Source: Blastocatellia bacterium
GTDB taxonomy: Bacteria > Acidobacteriota > Blastocatellia > UBA7656
NCBI GenBank assembly: GCA_035315885.1
Contig: DATFXM010000030.1
Location: forward strand, 38,619 to 102,618
Direction: 5' to 3'
DNA length: 64,000 bases
The position numbers were made by a program, and so were the translations under genes. This document shows positions 19,262 through 26,738 of the stretch, piece by piece. Each line of letters opens with the position of its first letter. Position 1 is the first letter of the stretch. The notes under the pieces are model-generated. The model did no database searches. It had not been told where the DNA came from and was given only the letters and a program-made list of their open reading frames with translations.

Positions 19262-19278
19262 GGCAACGTGGGGGCCAG
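19262..19278 (-). promoter_or_regulatory. Candidate sigma-54 (-24/-12) promoter for the AAA+ ATPase gene. Minus-strand sequence is TGGCCC-N5-TTGCC.
   Basis: The minus strand reads CTGGCCCCCACGTTGCC, with GG and GC separated by the canonical 10 nt. It lies ~150 nt upstream of the ATG at 19115. It is one of three conserved cassette copies. Confidence 0.4.
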
Positions 19279-19316
19279 TGCTAACTTGCTGAAAACATTC
19301 GGTGTGGGATCGAGGG

Positions 19317-19355
19317 TTCGCGAATTTCTCGCGAAAGGTCGCAAGAACATCGCCG
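19317..19355 (-). promoter_or_regulatory. Conserved dyad element (TTCGCGA-ATTTC-TCGCGAA followed by CGCAAGAAC), a candidate bEBP upstream activating sequence. Cassette copy 1.
   Basis: Perfect inverted repeat read from the sequence. Its centre lies ~60 nt upstream of the -24 element. Copies at 23571-23611 and 26626-26665 show a compensatory change. Confidence 0.4.
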
Positions 19356-19498
19356 TTAGTCCTGTCGCCTGAATTTAAGATTCAGTGAGCGACCACGCTC
19401 GAACTCGCGCGAGTCGATGCGTCGATACTATGCAGCTAGATTTGTGGTTCCAGTGTCGAGGTGGGATACCCAGACGCGAGCCGCATGCCCGTGCAGAG

Positions 19499-19684
19499 CT
19501 ACCGGCTCGCCCCGAGGTGTCGAAGGATTGTCTCAGCGTGTATGTCTGGTGCCTTGTCGCGTATTTTTTCGATCTCCTTCTTGCTGAGTCCGCCCGCTGC
19601 TTTTATGGATTTCACAGTGCGGATGTATTCGTCCTTTGGTCTCTCGAAGTAAGCTAATAACAATCTGTCAACCTTACTGCTCAT
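19499..19684 (-). CDS. Small hypothetical protein (61 aa), Lys/Glu-rich and helical
   Basis: ORF MSSKVDRLLLAYFERPKDEYIRTVKSIKAAGGLSKKEIEKIRDKAPDIHAETILRHLGASR lies between TonB and the sigma-54 cassette. Its coding-like composition differs from flanking DNA. No identifiable family. Confidence 0.3.
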   Translation of the reverse strand: MSSKVDRLLLAYFERPKDEYIRTVKSIKAAGGLSKKEIEKIRDKAPDIHAETILRHLGASR

Positions 19685-19792
19685 ATATGAACCTTTATGA
19701 ACCTTTTCTCATTCCACCGTTTCACAGTATACGACGCGCTGGGGAGGCGGTTTAGCTCTCCAGCACGTCCTACGTATTCTCTACCTTTGTTG

Positions 19793-20857
19793 TTACAGCA
19801 GAGTGAACTTGAACTCGAGCGAGACGCGCACACTTACCGTATGCCCATCTTTCTGCGCCGGAACGAACCGCAATTCTCGTGCAGCCTCTATAGCCTTCTC
19901 ATCAAGGCCATATCCGAGCCCGCGGGTGACTCTGATGTCCGATATCGTGCCATTGGCGTTCAGTACCGCAGAAAGTTTTACCTGTCCCTCGATCTGGGCG
20001 CGCCGCGCCTCCTCTGTGTACCCAGGAACGGGACGCGATAGCATCTGCGGACGCGTCGTGACGTTACTAATGGTGAAGACGCCGTTGTAGTTTACGTCCG
20101 CATTCGATCCACTGCCGGGTCCTCCAGAAGCCGTGCCGCCACCACTACCGGTAAGGCCGCGGGCTGCACCATCCGATGCTGAAGCCCGGGAGGCGGTCTC
20201 ACTTGTCGGTGAGTTTGAGGTTGGTGTAATTGGTTCCGTAGTTACTGTTTGGTCGGGCGGGCGCGGTGTCGGCTTGGCTTCTGGGAATTCAGCCTTAGGC
20301 TGATCTGTAGATTTGATTGGAGGCGCCAACTGCCCTCTGCCTGTCGTGCCGCCCGCTTCTTTGAGCTGCGGGACGGCTTTTTTGACAGGCACAGGAGGGG
20401 GCGCCAGGAAGGTAATCGCAAGATGCTGCACAGGAGCGGCGTCCGGCGTTACGCGGTGAAAGATACGATACGATACGTAGATCCCGGAAAGTGCTAATGT
20501 GTAGAAAGCAACGGCAACGGTTATGCCGGCACGCAGTTTTTTTCGTTGCGCGTCGAGGCTGGTGCCGCCTTTGGTAGCCGCACTTATGAAAGCAATGGGA
20601 TCTTGGCGCAGGGCCCGCACAGCCTCTGCCAGCTCGCGGGCAAGTCGGACCGCAAAAGGATCGGCGACGTTCGACTTTAGAAACTTTAAATCAGCATAAG
20701 CTCGCTCATTGGCCTCTGCATTCGTTTCAAGGGTCGTTTCAAAGGTCTTGGACGAGGGCGCCGACGGCCGATCTTTGTCCTGCGGGAAAAGGGTGTTAAG
20801 AAAGCCCCCTGCCTTCGGCCGTTTCGGTATTACGTTGATGTTATTCAGGGTTTCCAT
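19793..20857 (-). CDS. tonB: TonB-family energy transducer (N-terminal TM, Pro-rich spacer, TonB C-terminal domain)
   Basis: TM helix (ITVAVAFYTLALSGIYVSY), a Pro/Thr-rich linker (PPPVPVKKAVPQLKEAGGTTGRGQLAPPIKSTDQPKAEFPEAKPTPRPP), and the C-terminal TonB_C signature (VPGYTEEARRAQIEGQVKLSAVLNANGTISDIRVTRGLGYGLDEKAIEAARELRFVPA). Confidence 0.75.
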   Translation of the reverse strand: METLNNINVIPKRPKAGGFLNTLFPQDKDRPSAPSSKTFETTLETNAEANERAYADLKFLKSNVADPFAVRLARELAEAVRALRQDPIAFISAATKGGTSLDAQRKKLRAGITVAVAFYTLALSGIYVSYRIFHRVTPDAAPVQHLAITFLAPPPVPVKKAVPQLKEAGGTTGRGQLAPPIKSTDQPKAEFPEAKPTPRPPDQTVTTEPITPTSNSPTSETASRASASDGAARGLTGSGGGTASGGPGSGSNADVNYNGVFTISNVTTRPQMLSRPVPGYTEEARRAQIEGQVKLSAVLNANGTISDIRVTRGLGYGLDEKAIEAARELRFVPAQKDGHTVSVRVSLEFKFTLL

Positions 20858-20895
20858 GAATCGTAACCTGACCTTTCGAACTCGCGCCGCCTTTC

Positions 20896-21867
20896 TTAGT
20901 TTGACCTCGAGTAGTAGCCGGTCCGAGTAAGAGCCTTCAGGCCGGGCTGCGTCATTTTTATAGTGATCTTATGAAAGCTGCGGCTTGAGGAAGCAGTCTG
21001 AAACTGGTAGCCGATTGAATACTGACTCCTCAATTCATCTTGCAGCTTGTTGAAGAATCCAGCTAGCTGGGTCTCACCGCCATCAAGGTGAAACTGGCGT
21101 CCCCCGGTTGCGTCTGTAATGCGAGTGAGCACCGGCTTGCCCTGATGGTCGCGTCCGTTCAGCGAGTTATCACCCGGCAGCCGAATCGCATAGACGGTGA
21201 CATTGTTCCTGACCGCGATCTCTATCGCCTGCTCGATGGAGGCTCGGCTGGTGGTATCGTCGCCGTCGGTTATCAGAACGATGACGCGGCGGGCGTCTTC
21301 TGTGCCGGCCAACTTGTCTCGTGAAGTTTTGTAGATGGCGTCAAATACTGATGTCCCGCCGGCGGCGGTCAGCTTATTGACCGCGCTTGCCAGGATGTCG
21401 GCGTTGTCGGTGAAGTCCTGGACAAGATATACGCCCGAATCGAACGCCACGAGACACGCGGTATCTTTCCCTGGCCTGAGCACTGAATTGATGAAATTGT
21501 GTACGACGGCTTGAGCGCGACTCATGACTTTTTGGACGCTGCGGCTTCTGTCGACGACAAGCGCCACGCGAAGCGGCTGGTCTGATTCCTGGCTGAAGTA
21601 CGTGATGGGCTGTTCTTTACCGTCGTCGAGCACGGTGAAGTCACCCTTGGTGAGCCCGGAAACGAAATGTCCCTGCTCATCGCGAACCGACACACGGGTG
21701 TTGACCAGCGCGGTGTCAAATGTGATCGTCTCGTCATCCTTCTGCTCGACGCTGGCATTCTGTCGAGCTGGTCTGGGTTGTCGGGTGGCCTGGGCAACAG
21801 CCAGTTGCGTTGCAATCAGGGTTACACCGCAGATCAGGATTGCGCGTTTCATATAGCACCTGTCCAT
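20896..21867 (-). CDS. Secreted von Willebrand factor type A (VWA) domain protein
   Basis: Signal peptide, then a VWA fold with a MIDAS-like DxSxS motif (VVDRSRSV) and later TDGDDT. Confidence 0.75.
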   Translation of the reverse strand: MDRCYMKRAILICGVTLIATQLAVAQATRQPRPARQNASVEQKDDETITFDTALVNTRVSVRDEQGHFVSGLTKGDFTVLDDGKEQPITYFSQESDQPLRVALVVDRSRSVQKVMSRAQAVVHNFINSVLRPGKDTACLVAFDSGVYLVQDFTDNADILASAVNKLTAAGGTSVFDAIYKTSRDKLAGTEDARRVIVLITDGDDTTSRASIEQAIEIAVRNNVTVYAIRLPGDNSLNGRDHQGKPVLTRITDATGGRQFHLDGGETQLAGFFNKLQDELRSQYSIGYQFQTASSSRSFHKITIKMTQPGLKALTRTGYYSRSN

Positions 21868-21868
21868 T

Positions 21869-22735
21869 TCATCTCACCGAAGCCGCGACGCGGCGAGTCA
21901 CCTGGTCGACGAAGCCATCGGCTACGCCGCTCAAAGCGTCGCGCGGTGACAGAGGGCCGAGCAGGCTTGACCCACCCGACTTGCCGGAGACGATCTGTCT
22001 GCCGATTTCTTCGCCGGTGTCCTTGTCGTAGTAGCGTAGCCGAACCGTCAGGATGGACTTACCAAGGTCGAGGGGTAGCGCTTGTTTGATGCGATTCCCC
22101 TTAGCGTAATCCAGCACTTCGATCACTGCTACCAGCGTCAGGTCTGCATCCGGTTCGGCCTTTCGATCCGGAGTGAGTCGTAGCTTGTCTCGAGATTCCA
22201 TGTCTGAAAAGCTGCCGATTGAAGAATCAAGAGTATCGTCCGGTGGGCTGACCGTGCGTTCAGAGTTCGCTTGGACTCGTTTCTCCGCCTGGCCTGCAGC
22301 CCCGGGCTTGTAACTATCAACAACCGTCACCGAATCAAAGATCTTTCGCTCTTCGAACTGAGACTTAAATTTGTCGAGCTGGTGATCTGCGACCTGTGAT
22401 GTTAAGGCGTTTCCAACAAAGCTAACGGGCCCTACAATCTCGAGATGATGATAGTCGGCCAGGTTGCCTTTGAAGGGAATGATTGTCGTGACTCGGAAGT
22501 CCCCTCCCATCACGACTGTCTTAATACTGACGATGCCGTTCTTCCCTTTGTAGTTCACCAGTTTCTCACGATTCTCTGTGGTAAGGCGGAAGCCCTCGGC
22601 GGGCGGCTGGGCAACTTCTGGTTTGGGCTGGTCCGATATGGATTGCGCCAGGCCGGTCACCGAGAAGCCGAGTATGAACAGAATCGCGAAGGGCAAACTG
22701 TTCCGGGTCGTGTAGCGTCTTGCATTACTTGCCAT
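21869..22735 (-). CDS. Hypothetical secreted protein, paralog B of a tandem pair (start reassigned to ATG 22735)
   Basis: GGAGG lies 9 nt upstream of ATG 22735. Signal peptide (MASNARRYTTRNSLPFAILFILGFSVTGLAQ). C-terminal region aligns with its neighbour 22725..23393 (LTVRLRYYDKDTGEEIGRQIV vs LTLRITLRDKQTGRTLGETNI). Confidence 0.55.
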   Translation of the reverse strand: MASNARRYTTRNSLPFAILFILGFSVTGLAQSISDQPKPEVAQPPAEGFRLTTENREKLVNYKGKNGIVSIKTVVMGGDFRVTTIIPFKGNLADYHHLEIVGPVSFVGNALTSQVADHQLDKFKSQFEERKIFDSVTVVDSYKPGAAGQAEKRVQANSERTVSPPDDTLDSSIGSFSDMESRDKLRLTPDRKAEPDADLTLVAVIEVLDYAKGNRIKQALPLDLGKSILTVRLRYYDKDTGEEIGRQIVSGKSGGSSLLGPLSPRDALSGVADGFVDQVTRRVAASVR

Positions 22736-23393
22736 ATGCCAGCGCCTCCTTGGGTCCGTTGTCGTGACTCGTCGTGCTGCCAACGAAGTGAGCTACCTCG
22801 TCCGCCGCTTTGACCACCATTCTTGGGACATTGCTGGTGACGCGCGTGTTCTCGACGGTGATATTCGTCTCCCCGAGCGTCCGCCCCGTCTGCTTGTCCC
22901 TGAGCGTGATGCGAAGAGTTAGCACTGCGTGGTTATTACCCTGCTCGATATATCGAAGCGCCGGTATTCCCGGGGTGTAGTCGTCTATGTATCCCTCTAC
23001 GATGAGCTCTTGCGGGGCTCCAGCAGTGGCGACTTCAGAGGCGGACTGATTAACGGCGCTTTCTGAAGGATTCGGCGCTTCTACGTGCGTGACGCGTTCA
23101 AAGCGATTGAGCGCTCGGGTTCGGTTTAGTATCTCAGTGTTCAATTGGGTGACCACCGTCTCGGGGATCTGATCGAGCATGAGATTCTCTAATGGACGGA
23201 CCTCGACGCGGCGATAAGCGCGCAGATCTTCAGTAACCGGGGATATCTTGTAGGAGCGCGTCCTCAAGCCGTGGACCTCCCGAAAGATGCGCGAAGGTAC
23301 GGAGTTGGCGACGCCGCGGACGGAACAGCCGTAGCTTACCGCTGCTACGCTTACGCCTAATGCACATATGATTGCTTTGCAAGTTAGTCTCAT
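22725..23393 (-). CDS. Hypothetical lipoprotein, paralog A of a tandem pair (start at ATG 23393)
   Basis: GGAG lies 5 nt upstream of ATG 23393. Lipoprotein signal (MRLTCKAIICALGVSVAAVSYGC). C-terminal similarity to 21869..22735. No known motif. Confidence 0.55.
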   Translation of the reverse strand: MRLTCKAIICALGVSVAAVSYGCSVRGVANSVPSRIFREVHGLRTRSYKISPVTEDLRAYRRVEVRPLENLMLDQIPETVVTQLNTEILNRTRALNRFERVTHVEAPNPSESAVNQSASEVATAGAPQELIVEGYIDDYTPGIPALRYIEQGNNHAVLTLRITLRDKQTGRTLGETNITVENTRVTSNVPRMVVKAADEVAHFVGSTTSHDNGPKEALAYGK

Positions 23394-23519
23394 TGGTTCT
23401 CCAGCGCACATCTAATGGTTCTGGTTATTCTCCGGTTGGAGCGAGGAGGCCCACGTACGAGGTCGTCAATAGGTTAGTACGGAGTGTCGCACTGTCCTCT
23501 TCGCTCCGTGGATAACAAA

Positions 23520-23537
23520 GGCAAAGTGGAGGCCAAT
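23520..23537 (-). promoter_or_regulatory. Candidate sigma-54 promoter (minus strand TGGCCT-N5-TTGCC) for the lipoprotein/VWA/TonB transcription unit. Cassette copy 2.
   Basis: The minus strand reads TTGGCCTCCACTTTGCC, GG-N10-GC. It lies ~125 nt upstream of ATG 23393. Confidence 0.4.
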
Positions 23538-23570
23538 CTTAAGTTGCTGATATTAATCAGCCGGTGATCT

Positions 23571-23611
23571 TCGTTCGTGAATTTCTTGCGAAGAGCCGCA
23601 AGAACCTTGCC
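23571..23611 (-). promoter_or_regulatory. Conserved dyad/UAS element, copy 2 (TTCGTGA-ATTTC-TTGCGAA ... GCAAGAAC)
   Basis: Aligns with copies at 19317-19355 and 26626-26665. A second overlapping dyad TTCTTGCG-N6-CGCAAGAA is perfect here. Confidence 0.4.
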
Positions 23612-23716
23612 TCTGGAATTGCGATAAGACGGTGAGTTACTCTCCGGAGTTCAAGCAAAACGCTGCTTCGCTGTGAATTTATTAGGTGGAATGCGCTGTA
23701 GGCAAACAGGTTTGTG

Positions 23717-25408
23717 CTACGAGAGTCCAGCTCGACGCAGGATTTCCTGGAACCGTGGGTCATCGCGCAGCGGGTCGAGAAGCGGTTCAATTCTGAGTAG
23801 AGGCCCGAAGACGCCATAAGACTTGTCCAATTCGGCGAGCGCTTTTTCCTTTTCGCCGAGTGCAGTTAGAAACACGACGGCGTCGTATCGAGAAAGGTTG
23901 CCGAGCTGATCTTTCGCGGTCATCGCTCGCAGACATCCGTGCCAGCCATCCTTCGCAAGGCTATCTCGTATCAATGCTGCACCTGAACGATCGCCCATTA
24001 GCTCTCGGTAGGTGGCGTAGCTATGCGCTGCGTCGACGTAATTCTGATTCGCCTGATAGTACTTCGTGAAACGCTGATAGGTGCCTGCGTATTCAGTATT
24101 CAGTTCGAGCGTCTTCTTAAGTTGAGCGATCGCGTCGCCGTACCGCCGCGCGTAAAAGAGACTTTCGGCATAGTCCAAATTGATGACCAGTGACAGCGGA
24201 TCGATCTCCAGTGCTTGCTGGAATTCAGCAAGCGACTCCTCGTTTCGCCCGAGGTAGAAGAGCAGAATGCCGTACCATTGGTGAGCAGTCGCGTAATTCG
24301 GGTTTAGTTCGATGGCTCGTTTGTATTCGCGCTCCGCTTCCGCGAAGTCACATTCGTGTGAGAAAACGTGTCCGAGAGTTGCGTGCGCCTCGGCTAAGTC
24401 GGGGTCCAGCGACAAGGCCTTCATCGCGGCCTCTCGCGCCGCCGGCATAGCTTCGCGCACCGGCCCGTTTCGATAGAATGGAAGCACCGCATACGTATCC
24501 GCGCGACCTGCGTAGGCCAATGCGTAGCTCGGGTCAAGCTCGATTGCTCGATTGAAATACTCGAGAGCTTTTTCCAGATCCTTCAATGTTCGCTTGTTCC
24601 AATAGAAGCGCCCTTTCAAATAGAGCTGGTAGGCTTCGGGATCTGTCGTGTACTTCTTCGACAACTTCTGCTCCTCGCCGCCCACGAGCTTCATTCGCAA
24701 TTTGGTCAGGACGTCGTGAGCAATCTCGCTCTGCAAAGCCACGAGATCGGACTGCTTTCGAGTGTATTGCTCGCTCCAGATCACGTTTTCTGTTCGTGCA
24801 TCAGCCAGCTCCAGGCTGAGCGTCAACAAATCGCCGCGCACAGCTATGCGGCCGTTTAGGACCGCCTGGACGTTCAAGTCCCTGCCCACCGTACCCGGCG
24901 CCACATCCTGGCCTTTGTAGCGGAAGACCGACGATCGAGCCTTAACATTTGGAATCGGAAGCTGAGACAGGTTGGAGATCAGCATTTCCGTCATTCCGTC
25001 TGAAAGATAGTCGAGCTGCTGGTCAGCATTGACGTTGAGGAAGGGCAAAACGGCGAGCGAAGAGATGCCGGCCCTACCTTTCCCTGACAATAAGTAGTGA
25101 GCTAATCCAGTCAACGCAAGTGCAACGATCGCGGCAAGGACAGCTTTGCCGATCCTCTGCCTTAGCCGTCCGGCAACGAATGTTAAGATTCTGGCTTTAA
25201 ATAGCTGGATCCGGCCCCATCGGCCGGTTTGCGCTCTTTCAGAGTTCTCAAGTACGGTGGTAGACGCCGTTGACCCTGGGCGTGGAAGAACGGCAGTTCT
25301 CATATCAGAGGCCGACTCGTCGACCACCACTAGCCGGGCGCCATCGATGCGACAAAAAGCGAGCGCGTCGTCTGTCTCAACGTGATCACATTGAGGACAG
25401 CTTTTCAT
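23717..25408 (-). CDS. Zinc-ribbon / TM / periplasmic TolB_N-like domain / TPR-repeat protein
   Basis: N-terminal CPQC...C zinc ribbon, a single TM (AVLAAIVALALTGLAHYLL), a periplasmic domain (LAVLPFLNVNADQQLDYLSDGMTEMLISNLSQ...) resembling TolB N-terminal/CsgG-like modules, then about 8 TPR repeats. Confidence 0.7.
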   Translation of the reverse strand: MKSCPQCDHVETDDALAFCRIDGARLVVVDESASDMRTAVLPRPGSTASTTVLENSERAQTGRWGRIQLFKARILTFVAGRLRQRIGKAVLAAIVALALTGLAHYLLSGKGRAGISSLAVLPFLNVNADQQLDYLSDGMTEMLISNLSQLPIPNVKARSSVFRYKGQDVAPGTVGRDLNVQAVLNGRIAVRGDLLTLSLELADARTENVIWSEQYTRKQSDLVALQSEIAHDVLTKLRMKLVGGEEQKLSKKYTTDPEAYQLYLKGRFYWNKRTLKDLEKALEYFNRAIELDPSYALAYAGRADTYAVLPFYRNGPVREAMPAAREAAMKALSLDPDLAEAHATLGHVFSHECDFAEAEREYKRAIELNPNYATAHQWYGILLFYLGRNEESLAEFQQALEIDPLSLVINLDYAESLFYARRYGDAIAQLKKTLELNTEYAGTYQRFTKYYQANQNYVDAAHSYATYRELMGDRSGAALIRDSLAKDGWHGCLRAMTAKDQLGNLSRYDAVVFLTALGEKEKALAELDKSYGVFGPLLRIEPLLDPLRDDPRFQEILRRAGLS

Positions 25409-25505
25409 AACAACTCACGATCGCTTTCAACGTGTGTCGACATTCAACGCATCGGCTTGTTCAAAGCTTCTGTCCAAAGTAAGGGGGCGGAGCCACCGGC
25501 TGACG

Positions 25506-26381
25506 TCAAGAACTAAGACCCGAAGCAACCCGCGGCGCCAGGGCGCCTAAGAGAATGTCATAGAACCGCCCTTTCAAATAACGCCGGTAGACGTCCGCAT
25601 TTGTCGTGTACTCGCTCAACAATCTCTGATCATCGGTGTTCGGCAGTTTCACGCGTAGTTTGGCGGCGACGTCGCCGGCAATTTCGCTCTGCAGGGAAAC
25701 AAGCTCACCTAGTTTGCGTCTGTATTGCTCGCTCCAGATCACGTTTTCCGTTAGCGCATCGGCCAGCTCCACACTGAGCGTCAAAATGTCGCCGCGCTGA
25801 CTGATGTGTCCGTTTAAGATCGTCTGTACGTTTAACTCTGCAGCAACCGTACGTGGAGGAACATCCATGCCTTTGTAGCGAGACACGGAGGAAATTGACT
25901 TTACGCTCAAATTCGGAAGCTGGGATAAACTTGTGATCAGCGTTTGGGTCATCCCGTCTGAGAGGTAGTTAAGCTGTTGGTCGTTATTGATACTAGTGAA
26001 CGGCAAAACAGCCAGCGATTTATTGACCGAATTGCTCTTGAGAGAGAATGAGGAGTAAACCACTAGCAAGGCAATCAACGTGGCGATGGCTATCACGCGC
26101 ACTCCGATCTTGTCCCTCTTCTTTTCCATAAAACTGCCTTCACTTGTTTTGCTGGACAACTTTGCTGAGCTCGTCGATGCGGCAGGTCGATCTAAGACCC
26201 GGTTCGATTCGACAGGCGGATCTAAGACTGTGGTCGATACGATGGCAGCGTGAGGTTGAAGGGCAACCGTTTCATCATCGATAAGCGACTGGCTATCGAA
26301 AACGATTCGACCACCATCGGTGCGACAAAAAGCCAAGGAATCATCTGACGGGACACGTTTGCATTTAAGACAGCGTTTCAT
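25506..26381 (-). CDS. Truncated paralog of 23717..25408 (zinc ribbon + TM + TolB_N-like domain only). Possible pseudogene or decoy.
   Basis: Same architecture up to YLKGRFY, then an unrelated 17-aa tail. Nucleotides 25680-25800 are ~85% identical to 24720-24840. Confidence 0.5.
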   Translation of the reverse strand: MKRCLKCKRVPSDDSLAFCRTDGGRIVFDSQSLIDDETVALQPHAAIVSTTVLDPPVESNRVLDRPAASTSSAKLSSKTSEGSFMEKKRDKIGVRVIAIATLIALLVVYSSFSLKSNSVNKSLAVLPFTSINNDQQLNYLSDGMTQTLITSLSQLPNLSVKSISSVSRYKGMDVPPRTVAAELNVQTILNGHISQRGDILTLSVELADALTENVIWSEQYRRKLGELVSLQSEIAGDVAAKLRVKLPNTDDQRLLSEYTTNADVYRRYLKGRFYDILLGALAPRVASGLSS

Positions 26382-26574
26382 ATCAACTCGTTTCGCTAGA
26401 GCCTCGGGTGACGGAGATTGGCCCTGAAGGGAGGATCAGTTTGCGACCGCCGCAAGTCCCTCGTACTGACAAGAGAGTCATCAACGCTATCGCGAACAGA
26501 CATCCCGGAAAGAAAGTTTTCGATTGGCTGATCATCGCCTCACCTCCTTTTGAGCACGCAGCCGCGAATTGTGA

Positions 26575-26590
26575 GGCAACGCGAGGACCA
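26575..26590 (-). promoter_or_regulatory. Candidate sigma-54 promoter (minus strand TGGTCC-N5-TTGCC). Cassette copy 3.
   Basis: The minus strand reads ATGGTCCTCGCGTTGCC, GG-N10-GC. It lies ~190 nt upstream of ATG 26381. Confidence 0.35.
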
Positions 26591-26625
26591 TCCTAAGTTT
26601 TTGATTCTTAGTTGGGACGCTCTCG

Positions 26626-26665
26626 TGTTCGCAAATTTCTTGCGAATGTCCGCGAGAACGTTGCC
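26626..26665 (-). promoter_or_regulatory. Conserved dyad/UAS element, copy 3 (TTCGCAA-ATTTC-TTGCGAA ... CGCGAGAAC)
   Basis: Perfect inverted repeat. The central G-to-A change relative to copy 1 is matched by a C-to-T change in the partner arm, so the dyad is preserved. Confidence 0.4.
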
Positions 26666-26738
26666 TTTGTATCCAGTTGATCGGTTGCGTCTGAGGGAGG
26701 GGAGACGATCTGCGGGGCAAGGTAAATTACATCAACGT

